A stretch of 64,000 bases of DNA from Eledone cirrhosa (lineage: Eukaryota). The stretch lies in contig OZ024753.1 in assembly GCA_964016885.1 (NCBI GenBank), forward strand, positions 16,492,001 through 16,556,000, read 5' to 3'. Below are positions 43,800-57,233 of this stretch, in pieces; the stretch's first letter is position 1, and the number at the start of each line of letters is the position of its first letter. The position numbers and the translations under genes are program-made. The notes beneath the pieces were generated by a model. That model was not told the origin of the DNA. It saw only the letters and a program-made list of their open reading frames with translations, and searched no databases.

Positions 43800-44860
43800 T
43801 GCAGAACGTAGACTTTATATGTGACCAATGTTCAGGTGTGATAAGTAGCAAGTCCCCACAGGATACTACCTCCTTCCATTGCTCAGATGGTTCTATAGAA
43901 ATTGTAGACACTTTCCGTTACCTGGGTGACGAAATCAGCAGTGGTGGAGGGTGTTCTGAAAGTACAGTAGCCAGAGTCAGAATGGGATGGAAAAAGTTCA
44001 GAGAGCTTATACCGCTGTTGGCCACAAAAGGTTTCTCTCTAAAAATGAAAGGCAGATTGTATGATGTCTGTATACGAACAGCAAGGTACATGGCAGTGAG
44101 ACATGGGCTTTACGTGATGAGGACTTGCGCAGACTGGAAAGGAATGAAGCATGCATGCTCCGTTGGATGTGTAATAGTAATATACGTGAACGGCAAAGCA
44201 TAAATGAACTAAGTGAGAAATTAGGAATAAGAGGGATCAGATGCTGTTTACTTGAGAGAAGACTACGTTGGTATGGTCACGTGATGCGCATGAAAGACGA
44301 CAGCTGCATAAAAAAGTGCAGGGCGATCAAAATTGATGGTAGTTTCGGAGTAGGTAGACCCAGAAAAACCTGGGATGATCTGATAAATTCCGACCTTACG
44401 CACTTACATCTCTCTAAGACAATGTCTCTGGACCGAGATCTTTGGCGCTACGCAGTAATACAGAAGACCCGCCTTGCCTATGTACAAAGCGAAACCTACA
44501 GTCAGTAGGCACCTCTTAATCAAATATACACCCCAATCTACTACCCCTACCCTATCCTCCCACTCCCACCAACAGCACGAGAAAATGAGATCGAGTTCGT
44601 GTAGGTGTCACGACAAAAAAAAACACACAGTCCACTCTGTAATGTGGTCGTGTAGGTAACACGGTAAAAAGTTCCCAGTTCCACACTGTAAATGTGGTTG
44701 GTGTTAGGAAGGGCATCCAGCCGTAGAAAACCTGCCAGATAGTCCTATATGAGCGAGACACGGTCACCCGACCAGCCTTGCTTCAAGTGGGACATCTCCC
44801 GTCTAACCCATGCTAGCGTGGAAAATGGACGTTAAACGAAGATGATGAGATGATGATGAT
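43800..44860 (+). mobile_element. RTE LINE 3' fragment
   Basis: VDTFRYLGD, RLRWYGHVMRM; (GAT)n tail. Confidence 0.9.
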
Positions 44861-45000
44861 GCAGAGGTTATATTTAATTTGTTGGGATTCAATAAGCTTA
44901 AACATTTTAATTTTTATAACTGATATAAAGCACTCAACAGTAAACTGGAGTAAATATTCAATATATTAATAAATGGAAACTATATTTATAAAATCATAAT

Positions 45001-45067
45001 TATTTTATTATATATATTTCAAGGGCAACCAAGGCAAATTATGGTGTGCTTTCGTCAGATAAAATAC
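45001..45067 (-). ncRNA. Type-I hammerhead ribozyme (G), in element ~44861-45075
   Basis: gtattttat CTGACGA aagcacaccataatttgccttggttgccctt GAAA tatata TA ataaaata. Confidence 0.75.
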
Positions 45068-45501
45068 AGATTTGTCTTCTTGATTTAACAAATATATTAT
45101 TATATATGTTCCAGAGAGACTGAGGCCATGCTGGGGCCATTGAAGTATATAAATATTTCTTTTGTCTGATTAAAACTAAAGAGAAATTTTAAAATGTACT
45201 TCTCTGTCTCTCTCTCTCTCTCTCCCTCCCTGTCTCTCTCTCTGTCTGTCTCTCTGTCTGTCTGTCTGTCTCTCTGTCTGTCTGCCTGCCTGTCTGTCTG
45301 TCTCTCTGTGTGTCTGTCTGTCTGTCATTCTGTCTGTCTGTCTGTCTGTCTCTCTGTCGCTCTGTCTGTCTGTCTGTCCCTCCCCCTCCCTCTCTCTCTA
45401 TAAATATATATAGAGAGAGGGACTACAACTGTTTTATGTAGATGTCATTTCTATATAAAATAAAAAGTTAAAAAATACCTATACCCTGCCAATCTAATGA
45501 G

Positions 45502-45551
45502 AACCTTAACTGTGGCTACCCCCTACCCCGCCTGACACACCACAGGGACCA

Positions 45552-45600
<49 letters not shown>

Positions 45601-45833
45601 ACCTTAACTGTGGCTACCCCCTACCCCGCCTGACACACCACAGGGACCACTCTCTCTCTCTCTATATATATATAGAGAGAGAGAGAGAGAGAACCTTAAC
45701 TGTGGCTACCCCCTACCCCGCCTGACACACCACAGGGACCACTCTCTCTCTCTCTATATATATATATAGAGAGAGAGAGAGAGAACCTTAACTGTGGCTA
45801 CCCCCTACCCCGCCTGACACACCACAGGGACCA

Positions 45834-45885
<52 letters not shown>

Positions 45886-45933
45886 CCTTAACTGTGGCTA
45901 CCCCCTACCCCGCCTGACACACCACAGGGACCA

Positions 45934-45988
<55 letters not shown>

Positions 45989-46037
45989 ACCTTAACTGTG
46001 GCTACCCCCTACCCCGCCTGACACACCACAGGGACCA

Positions 46038-46068
<31 letters not shown>

Positions 46069-46129
46069 GAGAGAGAGAGAACCTTAACTGTGGCTACCCC
46101 CTACCCCGCCTGACACACCACAGGGACCA

Positions 46130-46164
<35 letters not shown>

Positions 46165-46227
46165 GAGAGAGAGAGAACCTTAACTGTGGCTACCCCCTAC
46201 CCCGCCTGACACACCACAGGGACCACA

Positions 46228-46304
<77 letters not shown>

Positions 46305-46400
46305 AAGAGAGAGAGATATAGAGAGAGAGAGAGAGAAAGAAAGAGAGAGAGAAACTTTTTACTGTGGCTACCCCCTCCCTCCGCCTTACACAGCACAGGA
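45502..46400 (+). repeat. Array of ~51-bp constant unit separated by (TC)n(TA)n(GA)n
   Basis: aaccttaactgtggctaccccctaccccgcctgacacaccacagggaccac x8 plus 1 diverged; inverted copy 46744-46793. Confidence 0.93.
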
Positions 46401-46431
46401 TATATACATATATATATATATATATAATAAT

Positions 46432-46709
46432 AATATATAAGAACAAAAGATGGTTAAAAGAGTTCCATGTATTTTATTATGCGCATTTCAAAAACAAATA
46501 TCATCATGCAATAACATTTGTGTTTTCATCAGATAAAACAGGAAGACATGATATGAAGGTTAAAAACACTTGTGGATAGTGCAGTTTTAAATCAACATAT
46601 TTTGATCTTATATATTATATTATATATACTCCAGTCCTACAAACTGTAGAGTGCTTCTTATCCGATATCTGCATTGCTTTATTGTACTACAATAAAACTC
46701 ACCTCCTAC

Positions 46710-46710
<1 letters not shown>
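46432..46710. mobile_element. HHR family F with inversion; HHR 46470-46540 (-)
   Basis: Minus arm matches 42434-42601; plus arm only the 3' ~110 bp. Confidence 0.8.
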
Positions 46711-46742
<32 letters not shown>

Positions 46743-46804
46743 CTCCTGTGCTGTGTAAGGCGGGGGGGGGGGGGTAGCCCCAGTTAAAAAGTTTCTCTCT
46801 CTCA

Positions 46805-46900
<96 letters not shown>

Positions 46901-47154
46901 GGGGGGAGAGTGAGAGGAGAGTGAAAAAGCGAGGTAAAGAGTGATAGAGGTAGAGAGGGAGTTAGCGAGAGAGAGAGAGGGAGTAAGTGAAGGAGGGGGG
47001 GGGGTTATTTAACCTAAGCGACTCAGGTACTTGTTTTTTCTTGGGGACAAATGTTATGAATTCAATGTTACCATGGCAATGTCAACTTTTCACATTAATA
47101 TCTTCCCCTTCCCTTACTCCTAGCCACCACTTACTCTCTTCTTCTCCTTCTTCC

Positions 47155-48190
47155 TGGTGGTGGTGGTAGTGGTGGTGGTAGTGGTGGTGGTAGTGGTGGT
47201 GGTGGTGGTAGTGGTGGTGGTAATGGTGGAGCTGGTGGTGGTGGTGGTGGTGGTGGTGGTGGTAGTGGTGGTGGTGGTGGTAGTGGTGGTAGTGTGGTGG
47301 TGGTGGTGGTGGTGGTAATGGTGGAGCTGGTGGTGGTGGTGGTAGTGGTGGTGGTAGTGGTGGTGGTAGTGGTGGTGGTAGTGGTGGTGGTAGTGGTGGA
47401 GGTGATGGTGGAGGTGATGGTAGTGGTGGTGGTAGTGGTGGTGGTAGTGGTGGAGGTGGTGATGAAGGTGATGGTAGTGGTGGTGGTAGTGGTGGTGGTA
47501 GTGGTGGTGGTGGTAGTGGTGGAGGTGGTGATGAAGGTGATGGTAGTGGTGGTGGTAGGGATGGTGATGGTGGTGGTGGTGGTAGTGGTAGTGGTAGTGG
47601 TGGAGGTGATGGTGGAGGTGATGGTAGTGGTGGTGGTGGTGGTGGTAGTGGTGGAGGTGGTGGTGGTGGTGGTGATGGTGGAGGTGATGGTAGTGGTGGT
47701 GGTGGTGGTGGTGGTAGTGGTGGAGGTGGTGGTAGTGGTGGTGGTGGTGGTGGTGGTGGTAGTGGTGGAGGTGATGGTGGAGGTGATGGTAGTGGTGGTG
47801 GTAGTGGTGGAGGTGGTGATGGAGGTGATGGTAGTGGTGGTGGTAGGCGTGGTGATGGTGGTGGTGGTGGTAGTGGTAGTGGTGGAGGTGATGGTGGAGG
47901 TGATGGTAGTGGTGGTGGTGGTGGTGGTAGTGATGGAGGTGATGGTGGAGGTGATGGTAGTGGTGGTGGTAGTGGTGGTGGTGGTGATGGAGGTGATGGT
48001 AGCGGTGGTGGTAGGGGTGGTGGTAGTGGTGGTGGTAGTGGTGGTGGTGGTGGTGGTGGTGGTAGTAGTGGTGGTTGTGTTAGTGGTGGTAGTGGTGGTG
48101 GTAGTAGTGATACTGTATCTATGGTTGTGGTGATGTTGGTAGTGGTGGTAGTGGTAGTGGTGGTGGTAGTAGTAGTGATAGTAGTGTAGT
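47155..48190. repeat. (GGT)n with variants
   Basis: Direct reading. Confidence 0.95.
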
Positions 48191-48339
48191 GAATATGCCG
48201 AGCATGATTCACTCCATTTTGGGCCAGTGATGTAGTTTCTGTCTACCAAATACCACTGGCTATAATAAAAGACACTCGCCCAAGGTGGTACCCAGAGGGA
48301 CTGAGGCCCCAATCCACTATTTTAAAATAAAGAAACCCT

Positions 48340-49297
48340 TATTATAATATAATAATAATAAAATTATTGTGTATAGTGCTCAGGTGTACTACAACTCGTC
48401 AAAGGTGCATGTATAGTACATAGAATAATATACAAATGTCAGGGAAGTGAATAGTGTATGAGTCATGATATACATGTGTGTGTGTGTGTTTGGAGGAGGG
48501 ATATCAGGTACAGTGTTGGCGAATCTCAGGAAGCATGGAGGTGTTAAAGGATGCAGTGTCTCGACAGCTAACAACTGATGCAGGTAGTTTGTTCCATGGA
48601 GGTGTTAAAGGATGCAGTGTCTCGACAGCTAACACCTGAAGCAGGTAGTTTGTTCCATGGAGGTTTTAAAGGATGCAGTATCTCGACAGCTAACAACTGA
48701 TGCAGGTAGTTTGTTCAATGGAGGTTTTAAAGGATGAAGTATCTCGACAGCTAACAACTGATGCAGGTAGTTTGTTCCATGGAGGTTTTAAAGGATGCAG
48801 TGCCCCGACAGCTAACAACTGATGCAGGTAGTTTGTTCCATGGAGGTTTTAAAGGATGCAGTGTCTCGACAGCTAACAACTGATGCAGGTAGTTTGTTCC
48901 ATTGAGGTTTTAAAGGATGCAGTGTCTTGACAGCTAACAATTGATGCAGGTAGTTTGTTCCATGGGGGTTTTAAAGGATGCAGTGTCTCGACAGTTAACA
49001 ACTGATGCAGGTAGTTTGTTCCATGGGGGTTTTAAAGGATACAGTGTCCCAGAAGTTAATAACTGATGCAGGTAGTTTGTTCCATGGAGGTTTTAAAGGA
49101 TGCAGTGTCTCGGCAGCTAATAACTGATGCAGGTCGTTTGTTTCATGCTTCAGCAACTGTGAGCGTGAAAAAAATTTTCCCGAAAGACATGGGAGCTGTG
49201 CTGTTTTCTGACTTTGTGGGCATGCCCACCTGTGTTAGACACATGGAAATCAAAACGGTACTCAGGATCGTTGCTGGCAAGATGGTTAGTAATTTAT
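48340..49297 (-). mobile_element. CR1-like LINE 3' end containing a 61-bp tandem array (48534-49144, 10 units)
   Basis: Minus reading TGGHAHKV...FFTLTVAEA..WNKLPASVVSCRDTASFK resembles the CR1 ORF2 C-terminus; (ATT)n tail. Confidence 0.75.
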
Positions 49298-49627
49298 TAT
49301 TTTTTTTTTCTTAGGTGGATTTCAAGGGCGGTGGATTGGCAGTATCGGTAGAGGGTCGGACGCCATGCTTTCCAGCATAGTTACGTCCCTTTACGATCTG
49401 AGTTCAAATCCCGCCGAGGTTGACTTTGCCTTTCATCCTTACGGGGTCGATAAAATAAAGTACCAGTAATGAACTGGGTAATTGCTGGCCTTGTGCCTAA
49501 AGTAGAAACAATTATTTCTTTTTTCTTAAGTATTTTGTCTTGGTACTGCCTTTAACACCTGACTTCCTCCTTCCAACCAGTGCTGGACTTACCTGTAAGG
49601 TAAATAAGTTATAGCTTAGGGTCACAC

Positions 49628-50108
49628 ACCTTCTCCTCCTCCTTCTTCTGCATCCATTTATTCCTGGGAGATTTGTGGAGGCAGAGTCCTCAAACACTCC
49701 TTCCTGCAGGTCTAATCTGCAGGATCCGTCTCCAACTGATCCAGCTGGATTCCTAAGCAAGACCAGCCAAGCTCATGGATGTTATCCAACCATCTTACTT
49801 GAAGTCTTTCCCTGGGTCTCATGCCAGTTGGTTTTGTCTGTAAAATCTGTCCAGTGATTCTTTCCTGAGACATTCTAACCACATGCCCATAATATCAGAG
49901 CAGAGAAGTAGCAGCTCTACCCGGAGTGACTCTCCGATCTTTAAGTTATGCAGTCTATCCAGTAATATTACTCCAAAGACCCTTCAGAGGAACCCCATTT
50001 CGGCCGCTTGTATTGCGGTCGTATTCATTCGGTCAATATCCAAGATTCAAGACCATATGAAAAGGTTGGAATGAATACTGGATTTAAGATAGCGAGCTTG
50101 GCTTTTAC
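49628..50108 (-). mobile_element. Decayed RTE (Expander/Rex3-like) 3' fragment
   Basis: KAKLAILNPVFIPTFSYGLESW, IQAAEMGFL, RWLDNI; gaa/gga tail. Confidence 0.7.
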
Positions 50109-50839
50109 ACCAAACTCCGTTTCTCTTGGGCCTCATTTTAAAAAACATATTTATATTTTATCATTAGTTTTTATTCATTAAGATTAAATCATCAAAAATT
50201 AGGGCCTCAAGTTTGACATAACTCAGGGCCTCAGAAGGTGAAAGTCTTGCTCGGGTTCGGAGGTTGATAAAATAAAGTACCATTTAAATACTTGGGTCGA
50301 TATATTGGACTTTTCCCTTCCCCCTTGTTCCTATATAAGAAAAGTACCAGAAATGCACTGGGTAATTGCTGGCCTTGTGCCTAAAGTAGAAACAATTATT
50401 ATAGTTGTTCGGTAAAGGGCGGTGGATTGGCAGTATCGGCAGAGGGTCGGACGCCATGCTTTGCAGCAAAGAGTTACGGCCCTTTATGGTCTGAGTTCAA
50501 ATCCCGCTGAGGTTAACTTTGCCTTTCATCCTTACGGGGTCGATAAAATAAAGTATCAGTAATACACTGGGATAATTGCTGGCCTTGTGCCAAAAGTAGA
50601 AACAATTATTTTAGTTGTTCTGGTAGATTGGCAGTTTCAGTAGATGACCAGACACCATGTGTCGCGGCTTAGAGTTACGGCCCTTTACATTCTGTGTTCA
50701 AATACTGCTGAGGTTAGCTTTGCCTTTCATCCTTACAGGGTTGATAAAATAAAGTACCAGTAATGAACTGGGGTTGATTTAATCGACCCCCCCCCCCCCA
50801 CTAAATTGCTGGCCTTGTGCCTGGAAACAATTATTATAG

Positions 50840-51235
50840 TTGTTATTGTTATTGTTATTCAGTTTATTGTTGAGGCTGTCTTTCCTATGCAGGGGGAGTT
50901 TGTCTTTCCATGGATTGATGGGTCCCCCGTTGATTTCAAGTGTGCACATTCATGTGTTTAATAAACTGGGACTCCTGAATTAATGTAAAAGTAGTTGGGT
51001 ATTTCATAGGCACGTGTATTCTTGATGTAATTCTCAGGGAGATTCGAATCAGCATCACATAATACATGATAAGGTTGGTATTTTTGTATTGCAAGTACAG
51101 TCTATTTTGTATTATAGCCATGTGTACTATTGATATAATTCTCAGGGAGATTCAGTAAGTGACAAGGCTGGCCCTTTGAATTACAGACAGTTCAGCTTAT
51201 ATTATAGTTTATGTGGCTGAGTATTCCACAAACAA
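50840..51235 (-). mobile_element. SINE-like remnant with (AACAAT) tail
   Basis: Duplicated taattctcagggagattc; simple-repeat tail. Confidence 0.45.
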
Positions 51236-52169
51236 CTCTAACCCTAACCGTCTAAACCATGCTAGCGTGGAAGATAGACGTTAAACGATGATGATAATGA
51301 TGATGATGATGATGATATATACCCTTAATGTAACTTCTGAGCTGAATAAGCATGACATAATATGTGACAGAGTAGAACCTTTGAAATGCAGTTACAATTC
51401 ATCTGACAGGCTTCCACATAGTTTCTGTCTACCATGATTTCACTCATAAGGTTTTGGTCAACCCTAGAATAGGCTAAAGACATTTGCCAAAATATGTCAC
51501 TTAGTGGTATTGAACTCATGCCCTCAATACCTCATGACTGAGAAACTTCTTAATTTAACCATGCCTATGTCCAGTCTGTAACAAAGGAACAGTGAAGTAC
51601 ATGTTATCAAGTGCACCATGTCTCCCTTAAACCTTTAGTATTTAAACCGGCCATATCTGGCCAGAATTCTCTCACCTCTTTCTGTTCAAACCAGCCATAA
51701 CCAGCTACTCATGCTTATGTTAAGGTACTGTTCTCAAAATAAATAATATCAAAATCTCGTAGATTAGATCTTATGTGAGATATGTGAGGTAAAGTGTTTA
51801 CCGTGAAAATACAATAGTAAATATAGAGTAATGTAAAAGTTAAAGGGTTAAGGGGCTGACATTTTTAAGGGAACATGTACACATAGTGTTTAAGTTAAAA
51901 GGGTTCAGGGTTCAGGAAGGAAGGGAGATTGGGAGGTAGTAACATAAACAGAAATAGGTGAAGAATTCTGGGGAGATATGGCTGGTTGAGGTGCTGAAGG
52001 GTTAAAAAATATATAAAAACTTAAGGTTTCCAGGGATATTTCTCTATTTATTTCTAGTTTTCTATGTTCTGAGTTCAAATCCTGCCAAGGTTGACGTCTG
52101 AGGCTGAGAAACTATATTTAAAAAAGTGTAGGAATTTCTGTTTATATTTAGACTTAATCCCTCTTATAG

Positions 52170-53112
52170 TTTAACACCAGCACCTGGTCCTTGGGTGTCT
52201 TGAGGGGTAACCTCTCTGTTTAACACCACCACCTGGTTATTGGGTGGCTTTAGGGGTGCCCCCTCTGTTTAACACCACCACCTGGTTATTGGGTGGCTTT
52301 AGGTGTACCCCCTCTGTTTAACACCACCACCTGGTTATTGGGTGGCTTTAGGTGTACCCCCTCTGTTTAACACCACCACCTGGTTATTGGGTGGCTTTAG
52401 GGGTGCCCCCTCTGTTTAACACCACCACCTGGTTATTGGGTGGCTTTAGGGGTGCCCCCTCTGTTTAACACCACCACCTGGTTATTGGGTGGCTTTAGGT
52501 GTACCCCCTCTGTTTAACACCACCACCTGGTTATTGGGTGGCTTTAGGGATGCCCCCTCTGTTTAACACCACCACCTGGTTATTGGGTGGCTTTAGGTGT
52601 ACCCCCTCTGTTTAACACCACCACCTGGTTATTGGGTGGCTTTAGGTGTACCCCCTCTGTTTAACACCACCACCTGATTATTGGGTGGCTTTAGGAGTAC
52701 CCCCTCTGTTTAACACCACCACCTGGTTATTGGGTGGCTTTAGGGGTGCCCCCTCTGTTTAACACCACCACCTGGTTATTGGGTGGCTTTAGGGATGCCC
52801 CCTCTGTTTAACACCACCACCTGGTTATTGGGTGGCTTTAGGGGTGCCCCCTCTGTTTAACACCACCACCTGGTCCTTGGGTGTCTTTAGGGGTGCCCCC
52901 TCTGTTTAACACCACCACCTGGTTATTGGGTGGCTTTAGGGGTGCCTCCTCTGTTTAACACCACCACCTGGTCCTTGGGTGTCTTTAGGGGTGCCCCCTC
53001 TGTTTAACACCACCACCTGGTTATTGGGTGTCCTTAGGAGTTCCTACTCTGTTTAACTCCTCCACCTGGTCCTTGGGTGTTCCCACTGTGTTTAACACTA
53101 TCACCTGGTCTT
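52170..53112 (+). repeat. 49-bp minisatellite (~19 units)
   Basis: tttaacaccaccacctggttattgggtggctttaggggtgccccctctg. Confidence 0.95.
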
Positions 53113-53200
53113 AGGAAGGTTTTTGGGGGGGTGGAGCCTGGGGGTTCAGTCTGTTGTAATATGTTTATGCCAGATGTTTTGGTTTGCGGGTACCTTCTTC

Positions 53201-53373
53201 TTTTAAACCCACCAATCTGGGAGGCCCTGGAAGGACTGAAGGGTTTTAAACCCATCAATCTGGGAGACCCTGGAAGGACTGAAGGGTTTTAAACCCACCA
53301 ATCTGGGAGACCCTGGAAGGACTGAAGGGTTTTAAACCCATCAATCTGGGAGACCCTGGAAGGACTCAAGGGT
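53201..53373 (+). repeat. 43-bp tandem x4
   Basis: aaacccatcaatctgggagaccctggaaggactgaagggtttt. Confidence 0.93.
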
Positions 53374-53410
53374 GCTGCCCTTCTCTCTCTAATCATTAAA
53401 GAATAATATA

Positions 53411-55135
53411 TGGTGGGGCTGATGGTCATGGTGGTTGTGGTGTGGTGTGGTGCTGGTGGTTGTGGTGTGGTGTGGGTGTTGTGGTATGTGTCTTGTGGTG
53501 TGGTGTGGGTGGTTGTGGTGTGGTGTGGTGTGGGCGGTTGTGGTGTGGGTGGTTGTGATGTGATGTGGTGTGGTGTTGGTGGTTGTGGTGTGGTGGTTGT
53601 GGTGTGGTGTGGGTGGTTGTGGTGTGGTGTGGGTGGTTGTGGTGGTGGTGTGGTGTGGGTGGTGGTGTGGTGTGGTGTGGGTGGTTGTGGTGTGGTGTGG
53701 GTGGTTGTGGTGTGATGTGGTGTGGTGTGGGTGGTTGTGGTGTGGGTGGTTGTGGTGTGGTGTGGGTGGTTGTGGTGTGGTGTGGGGGGTTGTGGTGTGG
53801 GTAGTTATGGTGTGGTGTGGGTAGTTGTGGTGTGGTGTGGGTGGTTTTGGTGTGGGTGGTTGTGGTGGTGGTGGTGTGGTGTGGGTGGTGGTGTGGTGTG
53901 GGTGGTTGTGGTGTGGTGTGGTGTGGGTGTTAGTGGTGTGGGTGTTGTGGTGTGGTGTGGGTGGTTGTGGTGTGGTGTGGGTGGTTGTGGTGTAGGTGGT
54001 TGTGGTGTGGTGTGGGTGTTTGTGGTGTGGTGTGGGTGGTTGTGGTGTGGTGTGGGTGTTTGTGGTGTGGTGTGGGTGGATGTGGTGTGGTGTGGGTGGT
54101 TGTGGTGTGGTGTGGGTGGTGTGGTGTGGGTGGTTGTGGTGTGGAGTGTGTGATTGTGGTGTGGGTGGTTGTGGTTTTGTGTGGGTGGTTCTGGTATGGT
54201 GTGGGGGGTTGTGGTGTGGTGTGGTGTGGGTGGCTGTGGTGTGGTGTAGCTGGTTGTGGTGTGGGTGGTTGTGGTGTGGAGTGGGTGGTTGTGGTGTGGT
54301 GTAGGTGGTTGTGGTGTGGTGTGGTGTGGGTGGTTGTGGTGTGGTGGCAATTGTGGTATGGTGGTGTTGCTGATGGTAATGGTGGTGGTGCTGGTGATGG
54401 TGGTGGTGGTGGTATTGGTGGTAATGGTGGTAGTGGTGTTGATGGTAATGGTGGTGGTGGTGCTGTTGGTAGTAATGGTGGTAATGGTGGTGGTGGTAAT
54501 GGTGGTGGTGGTGTTGGTGGTAATGGTGGTGGTGGTAATGGTGGTGGTGGTGGTGGTGTTGGTGGTAATGGTGGTGGTGGTGGTAATGCTGGTGGTGGTG
54601 TTGGTGGTAATGGTGGTGGTAGTGGTGTTGGTGGTAATGGTGGTGGTGGTGGTGGTGATATTGGTGGTCGTGGTGTTGGTGGTAGTGCTGATGGTGGTGG
54701 TGGTGTTGATGGTAATGGTGATGGTGGTGGTGGTGGTCGTGGTGTTGGTGGTAGTGCTGATGGTGGTGGTGGTGTTGATGGTAATGGTGGTGGTGGTGGT
54801 GTTGATGGTAATGGTGGTGGTGGTGGAAATGGTGGTGGTGGTGGTGGTGGTGGTGGAAATGGTAGTGGTGGTGGTGGTGTTGATGGTAATGGTGGTGTTG
54901 GTGGTAATGGTGGTGGTGGTGGAAATGGTGGTGGTGGTGGTGGTGGTGGAAATGGTAGTGGTGGTGGTGGTGTTGATGGTAATGGTGGTGTTGGTGGTAA
55001 TGGTGGTGGTGGTGGTAATGGTGGTAGAGGTGGTGGTGGAAATGGTAGTGGTGGTGGTGGTGGTGGTGATGGTAGTGGTTGTGGTGGTGGTGGTGGTTAT
55101 TGTAGTAGTGTTGTCGGTGGTGGTGGTGTCGGTGT
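53411..55135. repeat. G-rich (GTGTG)/(GGT) repeats
   Basis: Direct reading. Confidence 0.93.
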
Positions 55136-55264
55136 TTACAAGATTCCTTTCAAGTCCCTGGTGAGGCGGGGTGGGGTGGGGGTGTAAGACAGCGGAAACA
55201 GGTAGGTCTATAATATGTTGATATATATTTATTTAAGGGGCTGACTCCAACTTGTTATGTTTAT

Positions 55265-56025
55265 AACTACACACACACATATACATAAACACACACACGT
55301 ACACATACACAGACACGCACACACACACATACACAGACACACACACACACAGTCACATACACAGACACACAATCACACACACTCACACAGACACACAATC
55401 ACACACACTCACACAGACAAAATCACACACACACACACTCACACAGACACATACATACACACACACAGACACACATACACACACAGATATTGCATGCAGA
55501 GATATCGCACACAAATATATAGAAACACGCACACACATAGATATCACATATAGCGCATATGTAAACGCATTCACATGCATACCTGCCGATATAGCACATG
55601 TACACCGTCTCATTCATGTGTGTATGTGTGTGTGAGTGTGAGTGTATGTGTGTGTGAGTGTATGTGTGTGTGTGTATGTGTGTGTGTGAGAGTGTGTGAG
55701 AGCGTGTGTATGTGAGTGTGTGTGTAAGTGCATGTGTAAGTGTGTGTGTAAGTGTGTGTAAGTGTATGTGTGTGTCTGTTTGTGTAAGTGTGTGTGTGTG
55801 TATGTGTGTGTGTGTAAGTGGTGTGTAAGTGTATGTCTGCGTGTGTAACTGTATGTGTGTATGAGTGCGTGTGTATGTATGTGTGTGTGAGTATGTGTGT
55901 AAGTGTGTGTGTGTGTAAGTGTTGTGTAAGTGTATGTGTGCGTGTGTGTGTAAGTGTATGTGTGTATGAGTGCGTGTGTATGTATGAGTGTGTGTGTAAG
56001 TGTGTGTGTGTAAGTGTGTTTATGT
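55265..56025. repeat. (AC)n block followed by (TG)n block
   Basis: Direct reading. Confidence 0.9.
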
Positions 56026-56809
56026 AGTTGACATATACCTATATTTTATATGCATCAAATTACATATCTGTGTGTCTGCCCTTTATCTAGAATATGGGTT
56101 TATACATGATGGTTGCCAACTCGTTTTCGAGTACGGCCACTACTTTATATCCATGTAGGAGAACCCCTACCGATGCGCTGAACGAGTGTGACTTTTTAGT
56201 CCAGCCAGCGACTTGAAAACTCTGGTACAAACACTACACTTGTGACAATTATTGACACATTGCTGGGCCCAAGGTACCATGTGATGACAAGTGCAGAGAG
56301 ATCTCCAGATACAAAGCAATGCCTGTGCCGTGAAGCTTTTATAGTGAGCAAAGGCACTGCACAAAGCCAGTCCCACTCTCTTAACCAAGATGATATTTAC
56401 CAAAAAGAAGAACAAGTCAACATCATTGGATACCATCACGGTTGCAGGTGTTATATCAGAGTTTTCCTTCTCCTAGAATTCTGCCTTGACAAAGGCTAAG
56501 GGATCATCTCTCCCGGTGATTTTGGATGGCCATTGACTCTTAAGAGCTCCTTTGTACTCTCAGTTGCTTTACGCCATGAAACTGGGATAAGCTCCGGCCA
56601 AATGAGCCTTCTGGTTTAAGACAGACTTTAGACTTTTTATATATATATATATAGGAAAAAGTATGACCCCGACGGCAGAGCTCAACCGTCGAAACGCCTT
56701 AAGCTCTGCCGTTGGGATCATACTTTTTCCTATTACCCACTCTACTCCCCTAAGTATTGAGTACTCTGGTGTGTTATGGTCCATGTGGTTTCTTACCACA
56801 ATTCCTTCG

Positions 56810-56903
<94 letters not shown>

Positions 56904-57041
56904 ATATACACGTATATATATATACATATATATATACATATATACATATGTGTGTGAGGGAGTGTGTGTGAGTGTGTGTGTGTGTGTAGATGGACACTTT
57001 CTTGTTGACAAGTGTTTTTTAGACCTCATATCATGTTACCT

Positions 57042-57108
57042 TATTTTATCTGATGAGTGCACACTTTTTGTCCCAGGTTGATGTTTTCGAAATGCGCATA
57101 ATAAAATA
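57042..57108 (+). ncRNA. Hammerhead (diverged F), weak stem II
   Basis: tattttat CTGATGA g...c GAAA tgcgca TA ataaaata. Confidence 0.6.
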
Positions 57109-57159
57109 TATGAAACATTTTTAACCATCTTTTAATTTCTTCTTTTTTATATATATATT

Positions 57160-57233
<74 letters not shown>

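Noticed and set aside
45502-46400. CRISPR-like repeat/spacer layout
   Set aside because: Spacers are the same microsatellite, no cas genes, eukaryotic context
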